Source of the DNA: Barthelona sp. PCE
Taxonomy: Eukaryota
Reading direction: 5' to 3'
NCBI GenBank assembly: GCA_040285745.1
Contig: JAUFOR010000004.1
Span: 1,302,001-1,366,000 of the forward strand
DNA: 64,000 nucleotides
The position numbers were made by a program, and so were the translations under genes. The notes below the pieces were generated by a model. That model was not told the origin of the DNA and did no database searches. It saw nothing but the letters and a program-made list of their open reading frames with translations. Of the stretch, positions 40,992 to 52,000 are shown in pieces (positions within the stretch are counted from its first letter, which is position 1; every line of letters begins with the position of its first letter).

Positions 40992-41384
40992 ATGGCTGAT
41001 TGGTACAATCAAATTTGTAGAGATTCTCTGTGTGCTAACCCCTTCATTGATGGCGCTATCATCATTGGTCCTGATGGTACCACATGGGGTAGCCACAACT
41101 TCGTCGTTGCTGGTCCCGATGCTACTAAGCTTGCTACTGCTTGCGATCAAACTCTTGGAACTATGATTAAAGTCAACGAATCCAATATGATGCTGGTTGT
41201 TCAGGAAGAAGCCAGTGATGATGCCTCAGAAATGGTTATCATGAAGGGTGGTGGTGCTTCCCTGGTCGGTTTCAAGTGTCTTAGGTGCATGCTTTTCGTT
41301 CTCTTCGCCAACGATGATAACCGTCCTTTGGCTACTGAGAAGGCTATTGAAATGAGTCAATACCTTATTTCACTTTCTTACTAA
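40992..41384 (+). CDS. Profilin
   Basis: 130 aa; MADWYNQI..GAIIIGPDGTTWG..C-terminal SQYLISLSY. Confidence 0.82.
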   Translation: MADWYNQICRDSLCANPFIDGAIIIGPDGTTWGSHNFVVAGPDATKLATACDQTLGTMIKVNESNMMLVVQEEASDDASEMVIMKGGGASLVGFKCLRCMLFVLFANDDNRPLATEKAIEMSQYLISLSY

Positions 41385-41465
41385 GACAAAGAAGGTGCTT
41401 TTGTGTAAAAGATTTGGACTTTTCGGATGATTGGTGGTTAAAAAATGAAGTAAAACTACAAAACA

Positions 41466-41851
41466 AAACATTTCGAAAGTGACAGAAGCGACGATCCTAT
41501 CTCCCACGTCGCGTGCACAGCCAGGTGCGCGTTGCCGGCCGCCGTCAACGCCATCGCGCCCCAGGTGCTTGCAAGAAAGTGCCGCCGCCCAAAATCCAGC
41601 ATACGCGCAGATCCAGGCGATCCGCTCGCACCCCTTGGCCGCCGCTGCGAATGGCACCCATTGAGCATGGCCGCCTCACACAATTAATGGTGGCACCTGC
41701 CTGATTAAATCTTTCTACCGGTGTATCGCACAGAAAATGCACTATGCAGCCCCAGGCGTGCCGAGAGATGCCTCGGCGGCGACGTTGAGCAGACACTCAG
41801 ACACCGAAGCTCACTTAACGCTTTTCAACCCTCATTTAAAACAGCATTACA
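41466..41851 (+). promoter_or_regulatory. GC-rich upstream region of the Fe-ADH with repeated CCAGGYG and GGCCGCC motifs
   Basis: CCAGGYG at 41521, 41561, 41613, 41752; GGCCGCC at 41537, 41637, 41669; mirrored at 30285-30670. Confidence 0.4.
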
Positions 41852-43102
41852 ATGGAATACGCCTGGGAAAACCCTACCAAACTGTACGTCGGCCTCGAGT
41901 CGATGACCAAGCTCTTCGATACCATTGAGGAGAAGAAGGTCCTTCTTCTTTTCGGCGGTGGATCCATCCGTCGTAACGGTGCCTGGGAGGACGTCCATGC
42001 CCTCGCTGAGGAGCGTGGTATCGAGATCGTCCAGAAGGGCAACGTTCGTGCCAACCCCATTTACTCATTCGTCAAGGAGGCGACCGAGATCGTCCTCGAG
42101 AGTGGTGCTGAAGCCATTCTCGCAGTCGGTGGAGGCTCCGTCCTCGATACCGCCAAGGCCATCGTCGTCGACGTCCAGCTTAGCCGCGAGGGTGTCGAGG
42201 GCAAGGATGTCTGGGATTGCTACCTCGGTGAGCTCCCCGTCCCTGGTGCCTCCGAGCACACCATGCCCATCTACGCATGCGACTACATGACCGCAACCGG
42301 TTCCGGCATGAACACTAACTCCGTCCTGCAGCGCAAGATCGAGGGTTCCTCTGATGAGAAGAAGTGCTTCCTCGGTAACGCCTCCCTCTACCCCAAGGCT
42401 CTCGCCATCAACCCCAAGTACATGACCACCTTGTCACCCTACCACGTTGCCTCCATTGCTTTCGACGGTTTCACACATATTTCCGAGTATCTGCTTCTCC
42501 AGATGCAGAACAAGGACAAGGCCATCCCACGTGCCGGCCGCTTCTACCTGACCAGCCTGCAGAAGTCCCTCTTCGACTCCCTTGATCGCCTCGTCAACCC
42601 CGAGGGTCTCTCTGAGGAGGAGGTTCTCAGCACCTACGCTTCTCTCGGTTGGGCCGCCACACAGGCTCTCAACTTCTCCGTCTACCCCGGTGACGGCGCT
42701 GTCCAGTCCTGGATCGTCCACATGATCGGTCACTGTATGTCCGGTATCCACAACGAGGAGCGCGGCTTCATGACGCACGCCCAGTCCCTCATCATTGTCT
42801 TCCGCGCCGCCGTGCACCTGTTCAGGAACATCTACGGCGACGAGGGCTTTGTCGAGTGGGGCAAGCTCCTTTTCGGAGATTACATCAAAACCGTCGACGA
42901 GTTCCTCGAGGCTTTCTACGCCAAGGTCAAGACCACACCCATGAAGACCCGCATCAGCGAGTACTTCGACGGTGAGACACCCGAGAACTACATCAAGACC
43001 GTCCTCGACAAGTACTACGATTACTTCCCTGGCAACTTCGGAACCGACGTCGAGCACCCCACCCGTGCCGAGATGGAGACCGCCCTCTCCATGTGCCTCT
43101 AG
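41852..43102 (+). CDS. Iron-containing alcohol dehydrogenase (BdhA/YqhD-like), copy B
   Basis: Protein identical to 29034-30284; one synonymous difference noticed (GTC vs GTT Val near 42928). Confidence 0.92.
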   Translation: MEYAWENPTKLYVGLESMTKLFDTIEEKKVLLLFGGGSIRRNGAWEDVHALAEERGIEIVQKGNVRANPIYSFVKEATEIVLESGAEAILAVGGGSVLDTAKAIVVDVQLSREGVEGKDVWDCYLGELPVPGASEHTMPIYACDYMTATGSGMNTNSVLQRKIEGSSDEKKCFLGNASLYPKALAINPKYMTTLSPYHVASIAFDGFTHISEYLLLQMQNKDKAIPRAGRFYLTSLQKSLFDSLDRLVNPEGLSEEEVLSTYASLGWAATQALNFSVYPGDGAVQSWIVHMIGHCMSGIHNEERGFMTHAQSLIIVFRAAVHLFRNIYGDEGFVEWGKLLFGDYIKTVDEFLEAFYAKVKTTPMKTRISEYFDGETPENYIKTVLDKYYDYFPGNFGTDVEHPTRAEMETALSMCL

Positions 43103-43294
43103 GCCTAGCTTCATTAATAAACAATTTGTGATTAATATGGATACAAAAAGTGTGCAAAAAATGTTGGCAATTTCTGTACATACCAAGTACTTTTGCATAT
43201 TGTGACAGAGGATCAAATATAACCCACACACAATTACACAATTGTGTGGAAAACATGCAATAGTCATTGTTTTCAGTATTCTCACCACATTCAC

Positions 43295-45430
43295 ATGCCT
43301 AGGGTTCGTAAATTCGAGGAAGACCTTGTCATGCAGGATTATCCTGAGGGGCAGATGATATTTGAGGGAGAGGGCGTAAGATTGCTTTCATCAAGAGAAA
43401 ACAAAGATATCAGCCTTATTGAAAGCGCCATTGAAGGCAAGGGCTTTGTTGGGTATGTGGAGGATACGCGTAAGCCTCTTCAACACACATCTAAGCTGAG
43501 AGCTGGAGAATCTTATATGATCATCGAACAGCTTTTTGATGATAATAACTTTTTAGCTCATTTTGATATCTTATTATTTAGTGAAATCATGAGTGCTGAA
43601 CATACAAGAAGGAGAATGCCCTTCCCATTAGAGATGAACAACTTTAGGAGGCTATGCAGGAAAGTATTTCCGATGGATGAAAACCACTTACTATTCACCA
43701 TTAGTGATATAGATATCTTTAATAACAGGCAAGTGAGGCAGTGCTACATATTAAATGTGCTAACCGAGGAATATAGATGTCTTGGAGATTATGACTCTCA
43801 ATCAACAAAAAATTCAAACTACATTTTGTTGAGGAAATACCAAGATAATTTCATATGGCATTACAATTTTTCTGTTGATGACATGGACGAGGCACATGAA
43901 CCTGATATTGAGCAGTTACATGGTGGTGTTCATTTAGAATACATCAGGTGGTGTTTGAACTCAGATTGCATTTGCTCAGTCAGGTTTCGTGATAAAGAAA
44001 TTGATGAACTAATAATATTTGACAGCCAAAGGAACCAAGTTAACTTAACAGAAAGGTTTCCGCAGCTTAAAGGATTGAATATTCCAAACAGCCCAGATAT
44101 GGGATTATTTGAGTTCACTCAAGATATTTTGTCAATGGTATTCATTGGTTCAAGATTCACAATGGTTCATGTCGAAAACGGTGAATTGAAGATGTTAGAG
44201 GGTAAACTGAATTTTAAGAATGTACACTGCAATGACTTGAAGCATATAGATTTGAATGATAATTCCTTTTGTGATGAAGATTGTGTTTTTTATGGGGTTG
44301 ATGAAATAACAGAACGTTATGGCCCAATCAAATTCAGAGCAGTTGATAATGAGGTTGTGAGTTTGAAAAGTCTTCACCCAAAGAAAATATTTTTTGATGG
44401 AAAAGCGGAAGTGTATGATGACTCTTTGATAAGATATTACTTTTTTTTCAAAGAAAGGAAGCTTATTGTGCTACATGGGCCATGGAAACCGCATTCACTT
44501 AGCAAAGAGGGGATCATATCAGTTCATCCAAATGAAGGAGGTGATTTTTTTGTAATGGCAGAGGACCGTGGTGAAACAAATACATATGTCAAATTATGCT
44601 GGAACGGCTCAGAATTTAAGCCAATCACAACCATTTTGCCTCATTGTGGTTCAGAAAACTATGGTTTTATTCAAGGGTTGCCCTTAAATGTTGACCGTCG
44701 TGCGGGTCGTGCAGGCTTGGTGTATTTAGGAAGTAAGCTGATTTTGGAGCTTCCACCGAATATTCATGTTCAAAGAGTTCATGGTTCACATTTTGATAAT
44801 TCAGCATGCATTTTTTGTGATAAAGCAATCCATTTTTTTCAGCTCAGTGTCAACGGGTATGATGTGGAGGTTCAAAAGCACATTGTTTTTGAACATAGAT
44901 CTGTGGAGGATGTTTTCTTCAACCCTCGTCCATTGGCTGCAACAGCTGATTATCAACTGTTTGTTGTGCAAGAAAATGTTCTAGTTATTGAAGAGGGATA
45001 TTTACATTGTCTTGATTGGTCAACAGGAAGCTTCTTAGAGCCTGTTCTCCTTTGGAAGGGATTTTATTATGATGAAGCGGAGGAAGGCCACAGTTTCCGT
45101 TATTTTGTGGGTGATTCATATATACACGTTAGGGGTGGTATCATTAAAGTATACGTTGAAGATGGTGCAATTGAAACGCATTTTTTCACAAACGATAATT
45201 TACCATATTCTCCTGATATGAAGATAAGCAACAATCATAATCTGCCCAATAACACTGTTCAAGACATGTGGTACGAAGAAGAGACCAAGACAATGGTGTT
45301 GAAAACATACAACGTTGAGGAAGACCCAGAATCGATGAATCCCACAGTTGAAACGTTCCATCTTCCATCGTTCCTGGCCGAGGCGTCCATCGTTGAGTAT
45401 TACATGCCAGATTATCATGAACATGTATAG
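43295..45430 (+). CDS. Unknown 711-aa beta-rich protein, copy B of a variable paralog pair
   Basis: First ATG at 43295; paralog of 26739-28841. Confidence 0.85.
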   Translation: MPRVRKFEEDLVMQDYPEGQMIFEGEGVRLLSSRENKDISLIESAIEGKGFVGYVEDTRKPLQHTSKLRAGESYMIIEQLFDDNNFLAHFDILLFSEIMSAEHTRRRMPFPLEMNNFRRLCRKVFPMDENHLLFTISDIDIFNNRQVRQCYILNVLTEEYRCLGDYDSQSTKNSNYILLRKYQDNFIWHYNFSVDDMDEAHEPDIEQLHGGVHLEYIRWCLNSDCICSVRFRDKEIDELIIFDSQRNQVNLTERFPQLKGLNIPNSPDMGLFEFTQDILSMVFIGSRFTMVHVENGELKMLEGKLNFKNVHCNDLKHIDLNDNSFCDEDCVFYGVDEITERYGPIKFRAVDNEVVSLKSLHPKKIFFDGKAEVYDDSLIRYYFFFKERKLIVLHGPWKPHSLSKEGIISVHPNEGGDFFVMAEDRGETNTYVKLCWNGSEFKPITTILPHCGSENYGFIQGLPLNVDRRAGRAGLVYLGSKLILELPPNIHVQRVHGSHFDNSACIFCDKAIHFFQLSVNGYDVEVQKHIVFEHRSVEDVFFNPRPLAATADYQLFVVQENVLVIEEGYLHCLDWSTGSFLEPVLLWKGFYYDEAEEGHSFRYFVGDSYIHVRGGIIKVYVEDGAIETHFFTNDNLPYSPDMKISNNHNLPNNTVQDMWYEEETKTMVLKTYNVEEDPESMNPTVETFHLPSFLAEASIVEYYMPDYHEHV

Positions 45431-46082
45431 TTCCCATGGCCAATAGAGGCATGGAAATTATTCTTGAATTCCATTAGTTGAAAAGAAGTTCTTTTCTGAA
45501 GAATGTCAAATTTCATATTTACACGGTTGGAATGTAGGTGAAACTGTCCAACTCACTAACCTGATTTGGTTCATCACATTCATTTTGAGCTGAATGTTCC
45601 AAATCCACCTTCACAACAGAGGTATGTTTACTTTCGGTCCTTAATCAATAAATAAATGCTCAAAAATTTCCTTTATCAGAGCTCCAAAGCACAGGGCAGC
45701 AATCGTGATGTACAAATTTTCATAACCTCATTCAGGGATGGCGAACACGAATTTACATGCAATATTTATGCGGACGCGCCACAAATAAACAGGACAACTG
45801 CCAACGAAGAAAAGAGAAAACCTGCACTTGAACTTTCTTCCTGTATGTGAGCATTTTGTCATATACGTGCCACCAACAGCAGATACCTCAAATAGGCGTC
45901 AAACACCGTGATTACTGTTACTACTTATTGTGGATTGCCTGTTTCACATTGTTAAATGTTTGACAGTATTGTGTACTCACACCCCACTTCTATCCATTTG
46001 TTTGACTTTTTAATGTTACCGTAATTTGTGTTTTTTATTGAAGAAAGTGTTTTGAATTTTTCTGCCTTTTCACTGAATAGCA

Positions 46083-49000
46083 ATGTCAAAATCGATATCT
46101 ATGGGAGGAAATTCTGCCCTGAAATCGGATTATGGTAGGCAAAGTGAAGCAAAACGAACATCAAACTACAGAAAGAACTTCAGTCGAATTAAAACAATGG
46201 GCAATTGGAACGATAAGCAGGGAGAATCACGTTCGTCGTTCATTTCAGAATCAGAATACACAGCTCACGAGCAATTGTGGCACGTTCAGACAGTTTCTGA
46301 CTCAATTCCAGGTTTTTTGTTCAATCTAAGACCTTGTATCATTCGAGAGAAAGATAAACCGATGACTTCTGCAGTCAAATTATATTTTATGGGTGATGAA
46401 GGTAACGTTTTTAGTGTTACTCATATGTTTCGACCGTACTTTCTTCTTCGTGTGGATTTTGAGGAAAAAGCCGTGCAAGTTCCCCAGAAGCTACACGATT
46501 CACATATTCTTGAAGTTAAATCACTTCTTACTACACTATTTGGTGAGGATATTTATGAATTCGATGAAGTTATGCTGTTAGATACTAGTTTATACGATCA
46601 CCTCCCCAAAGATGGCTGCAGTGAACCTCTTGTTCCCTTTTTAAAGGTTATATGTAATTCATCATCTGCGTTAAAAAGAGTTAGTAGAACATTGGTAAAT
46701 CACAAGGTTGATTCTCGACCGAGTATATTCTGGCAGGACATTAACCATCCTCTCCCAACCTTGTCTCAAATGATGATCCATACCGGGTCTTCTAACCTCA
46801 TCACACTATGTAATTTAATTAGTGATGTTCGAGAGTTTGACATTGACTACACAATCCAGTATCAAACAGCTAATGATGTACATATTGGTAACTGGTACCA
46901 GGTTGAGGATGGTGACACTTACGATCCTTTATTAGTGAAAATGACGACTCCTGATCGGTTAGTGAAGCCGGAGTTGGAAATTTTTGCGTATGATATTGAA
47001 TGTATGCATCAGCCATATAAATTCCCAAACATGGATGTGGATGAGATCATGTGTATATCTATTATGATGAATCATTATGGTTATCTCATAACAAATTTAG
47101 AAACTTTTTCTAGTCCGGTCAATGATTTTAATTATATGAATACGGACTTTAAGCTCATCAATTGCGCGACAGAGAAGGAGTGTATACAGGTATTTTTCGA
47201 TTTGCTCGTTAAGCATAAACCTCAGATTATTATTACGTACAATGGAGACGGATTCGATTTTCCGTATATATACAGGCGCTGTGAGGTTCTAGGCATCTCA
47301 TACCGTGATTATGGCTTCCGCAAGAAGCAAATGAGAATTGATGATGACGATTTCGAGTGTCTGCACACGGTTGCTATCCATGTTGACTGTTTCTATTGGG
47401 TAAAGCGTGACTCATATCTTCCAGCTGGATCCCACGGTCTCAAGGCAGTGACAAGAAAGAAGCTGGGATACGAGCCATTCGAGTTGAATGCCAACCAGAT
47501 GGTTGAATTTGGACAAACTAACCCTCAGAGATTGGCAGAGTATGCTGTATCAGATGCTTATGCGACAGAAAAATTGTTCGAAAAATACATTTTGAACTTT
47601 ATTTTTGCCCTAGGACTTATTCTACCAATTGGTCCGGATGATATTCTAAGAAAGGGATCTGGTGTGTTGTGTGAATGTCTTCTGTTAAAGAACGCAACAA
47701 AGAGAAATCTTGCCGTGCCAAATAGTAACGATGTTATCTTTAGAAATCGAGTTCTTCCTCTGTATAAGAATGGTTTCGTGAAGGATCTGAGTTTCGAAGG
47801 TGGTACTGTTCGTTCTCTGAATGCTGGTATCTATCGCTCTGATTTTCCAATTGAGTTTGAGGCTTCTCCTGAGGCTTATCGTGAATTGTCAGATCTTGTA
47901 GAGGACGAGATTGAATATTATCTAACGCATGAGGTATCGAAGCCTGACAATAAGGTGACTAAGGACGATTTTGCAAACTATCAGGAGGTTGTCCACGAGA
48001 TTAGGAAGGCGCTTTTAGATTTTGCTGATGAACTCGAATCTGGTAAAGCAGTTGGTCTCACACAGACAGCAAATATGACGCTGCTTACGCCTAGCAGTGA
48101 TAATCAAGAAATGACTTACTATAAAGTGAAGAGAAAACCACTAATATATCATCTTGATGTTGGTGCTATGTACCCAAACATTATCTTGACAAACCGTCTT
48201 CAACCCAATGCGGTGTTTGCATATCGTGGTTCGTCTCAGCCGAAAGAATGTGTCAACTGCTCCTTCTTCCCAGTGAGGGATGATATCAAATGTCAGCGTG
48301 TATTGGAATGGAATAGAAAGATAACAATGTTCAATTTGGACAGTCACAGCGTCAGGTCATCATACCGCGAAGTGTTGGACGTAAGATCACAGCCAAAGAC
48401 CTCGGAACAGCGAGTGGAATTCATTGAGGAGCTCGAGGACATTGTTAAGAAGCGCGCAATCAAGTCTAATAGGGTCCAGAGCCGACTGATCAGCGATAAA
48501 GTACCAGCTGTTGTCTGTCAACGTGAACACTCCTTCTATATTGATACAGTAGAAGATTTCCGTGATCGCCGTTACGTATTCAAAGGGAAGGCAAAGGTGT
48601 ACGGTCGTAAAGTGCAGGACTTAATGGATCAGTTGCGTAATACTGATGGATTAAGTGAGTTCCAAGTTATGGATATTCGTGAGGACCTTGAACAGAACTC
48701 GACGTTAGCAAACTACTATGACTCGCTTCAGTTGGCGCACAAATGTATCTTGAATTCTTTCTATGGATACGTTGCAAAGAAAGGTGCAAAATGGGGAAAT
48801 AAGGTTATGGGTGGTATTGTTACTAATATTGGTGGAAGTATTATCTCTGAAGCACAGGATCTATTGGAAAAGCTCGGCAACAACCTTGAGCTTGACACAG
48901 ATGGTATCTGGAGTTGTCTACCGGATTGTTTTCCTGAAAACTACAATTTTATTTTCAAGGAAACAGGCAAGAAGCTTTTCTTCAGTTATCCTTGTGCTAT

Positions 49001-52000
49001 CCTTAACAGAAGGACGCACACATTCTGCAATAACGCACAGTTTACACGTTTTAATTATGACACTAACCAGTATTCCACCGAAGATCGGCAAGAGATTTTC
49101 TTTGAGGTGGATGGACCATATAAAGCAATGGTTCTCCCTGCGTCTACCGAAGAGGGTAAGCTATTGAAGAAAAGATATGTTGTTTTCAATTTCGACGGTT
49201 CACTCGCTGAACTGAAGGGTTTTGAACTCAAAAGACGTGGCGAGTTGGAGCTTATTAAGGAGTACCAACAGAAGCTCTTTGACTACTACCTCAGAGGTAG
49301 TACGTTAGAGACTGCATACGAGGAGGTGGCGAATACATCCCGTTACTTCTTAGATTTGATTCATTTCAGAGGTGAAGCTTTGTCTGATGAAGAGGTTCTG
49401 CATCTATTCAGTGAGCGAAAGACTCTCAGTAGAAATCTAAGCGAGTACCCAAATAAGAATTCCCTATTGGTGGCATGTGGCCGTAAGATGGTGCATTTTC
49501 TGGGGCTTTCTGATGATCAGAGTGCCAATGTTACCATTGAGTTTGTTATCCTCAAGTACCCCCGTGCTGCTGAACTCAATGATCGTGCGTTTCCTGTTAA
49601 CATTTTACGTTTGCAGAACGTTGCACAAAGAAAGCAGTACCTAAAGCGTATGTTAGGAAGTGATGCTGCTGAGCTGGATCTCCGTGATCTTCTTGATTGG
49701 GATTACTACCTTAAGAGGTTCAGCCAGCAGCTGTTAAAGTTGGTTATCATACCAGCTGTATTACAGAATATACCAAATCCAATGCCGGAGGTTGAGTTGC
49801 CGCGTTGGGTAGAGAGCAAGATTAAAAACGCAAATACTACTCAGTTGACACTTGATAGTTTCTTTGAGCGTGCATCAAAGAAAAGGAACCAAATGGCAGC
49901 AGTACCACAGTTTGACGAGATGCAGATTGAGGCAGTTGAAGATGATACTATGCCCCCAATTATAGGTGTCCCTTCCATGATGCCATCATCAGTTGATTTT
50001 GTACCTGTTGAAACCGAAGATGCTCCAGGTTTCCGTAGTCCCAAGTCTCCAGTTTTCTCACCTGAGGATCATGGGCCAGCAGATGAAGAGGTGGTTATAA
50101 GGAAAAAAACTTCTGAGATAGTTGAGTTTGAAACAGTCAAAAAACGAAAGTCGACAAGGAAGAAAAGGACATCTGTCCAACTGCGGTTGACCGATATATT
50201 CGACTCAAAGAAGCACACACTTAAGGATTTCGAGAACATGTACGGTATTTCAGTACCCCCTCTGAAAAGTGCAGCTACCTCCCGCACTGTTCTTCATGAT
50301 TTCTTTAGAAGTATTGCTGCTCGCCGTATGAAGCGGTCGCAGGAGCTTAAGCGATTTTCGGAGGGTGGTGTTACATTGAAAACTTCACGTGCGGAGGGGC
50401 TCAAGTTGTATCAATCGGTACTGAGACATACATCATCGAAAGCAAAACCCAAAACAGTTACTGCGCTAAACCACATTGATCATCATATCAGCACACAGAA
50501 GGGTAGGAAACGTATGACGCGTAAGCTGACGAAGAGTGAAATATTGCACAGTCAGATGGTCATAGTTGGAATTAAGCGTGCTAGTGGTGGTCAGTTTAAT
50601 GCACAGGTATTGTATGATCCCGAACATACAAGACTCTCTCGCAATTCAGACACATTGGCACTTTCTTCTTTCATGTTTGTGATGGATCATGTGTTTTATG
50701 TTTCTACTATTGATTCTTCTGCTTTAATTTCTCAGTTGAAGGAGCAAGAATTGGTGACAGAGGAGTGGAAGTACCGTGTTCTCTCAAAACATGAAGCAGT
50801 ATCATTCCTCGCGCCAATTACTACACTACCACATGATGTTGTTGAAGTTTCATGTCCATATCACTCAAACATATTGGTGAATTCCCACTATATCAAGCGT
50901 GAAATAGAGAGACTATCTGTTGCCAAGGGAGTTTACGAGATTTCTATTCCTCCCAAGTTCAGATGCCTGTCACAGCTCCCCGCCTTATTGGTAGAGAGTC
51001 GTGAGTTCAAGGAACCAGTCGCTCTCTCTCAGATACAAACCCCATTAACTGCTAAGGGTAACCCAGCAGACTTTTATGAGGCTGCTTTTGTGAATGGTAA
51101 GTACGGAATACCAATGCGTTTTGGTGCATTAATTGAAGCAGGAGATAACGTTAATTGTGCGATTGTTGTAGATCCTGGAAATGATTTGATTGAGTTCATC
51201 GTCCCACACACAATGTTCCTTCTTGATGATTTCCTCAACACTGGACTCGAGGCTTTCTTCTCAAGCAAGCTCAAATCTTGGCCGTTTAACGGAAAGAGTC
51301 TCAGCAACTTCAATGTGACACGTGTCAAGGGTAACGATCAGGTTGTCGGTACGTTTGAACGTATTTGCTCCTCGCTCCATCGCCACGACAGCATATTTTA
51401 CGTCTTCGCGGATGGGTTTAAGAAAAAGAGATTCGCCAAAACTGGTATTTTCTTCCATTTCCCATCTTTATTATTTGAGGGAACGCTTCGTACCGATCTA
51501 AATTCGTGTTTTAATATGATTGTACACAAGTTCAGTGGCCTCAAACAGCAGATGCATCTTCGATTCGCTATTGCTTCAGAGTTTATCATTCCCATTAATA
51601 ATTTCTCTGACAACCAAGAAGTTCTTTTATGTGACTTGTTGATGGCACGTGCAATCCGCAAGGCAAAGCAGGTAATGTGGTTCTCACAGACAAAGAACAC
51701 AGCTATTCCGCTAATGGCTGAAGTTGAAACTGTTGTTTGTACGCCTGATGTTCATACTAATGTTATTGCGGAGGTCAAAATGCCCACTCTCTTCTTCAGG
51801 GCGCTTGTCGAAGGATTTGCACGTAAATCAAGTGCTATCATTAGATCTAAATTTGCTTCATACTTTGAGCTGATATCGATGGTGCTCAACGCTGGCAGAT
51901 CATCAACAGGATCAACTATGGTCTCAATTTTTGCAAGCAGTGTTGACCACTGGATAAATACCCCTGAGAGTTACTTCCATGACACTGTGTTTGCTCATTC

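Larger units (their letters stand above)
41466..45519 (+). repeat. Right arm of ~4 kb inverted duplication
   Basis: Reverse complement of 26650-30670. Confidence 0.95.

Noticed and set aside
26650-45519. Composite transposon, Helitron or DGR interpretation of the inverted duplication
   Set aside because: No transposase, Rep/helicase or reverse transcriptase in the window, no TSD, no convincing TIR or CTRR end; the paralog differences I checked are not adenine-specific.
45520-46082. Possible small gene between the right arm and POLE (64-aa ORF, two GTATGT motifs)
   Set aside because: No recognisable protein and no matching fused branch/acceptor motif; left unassigned.
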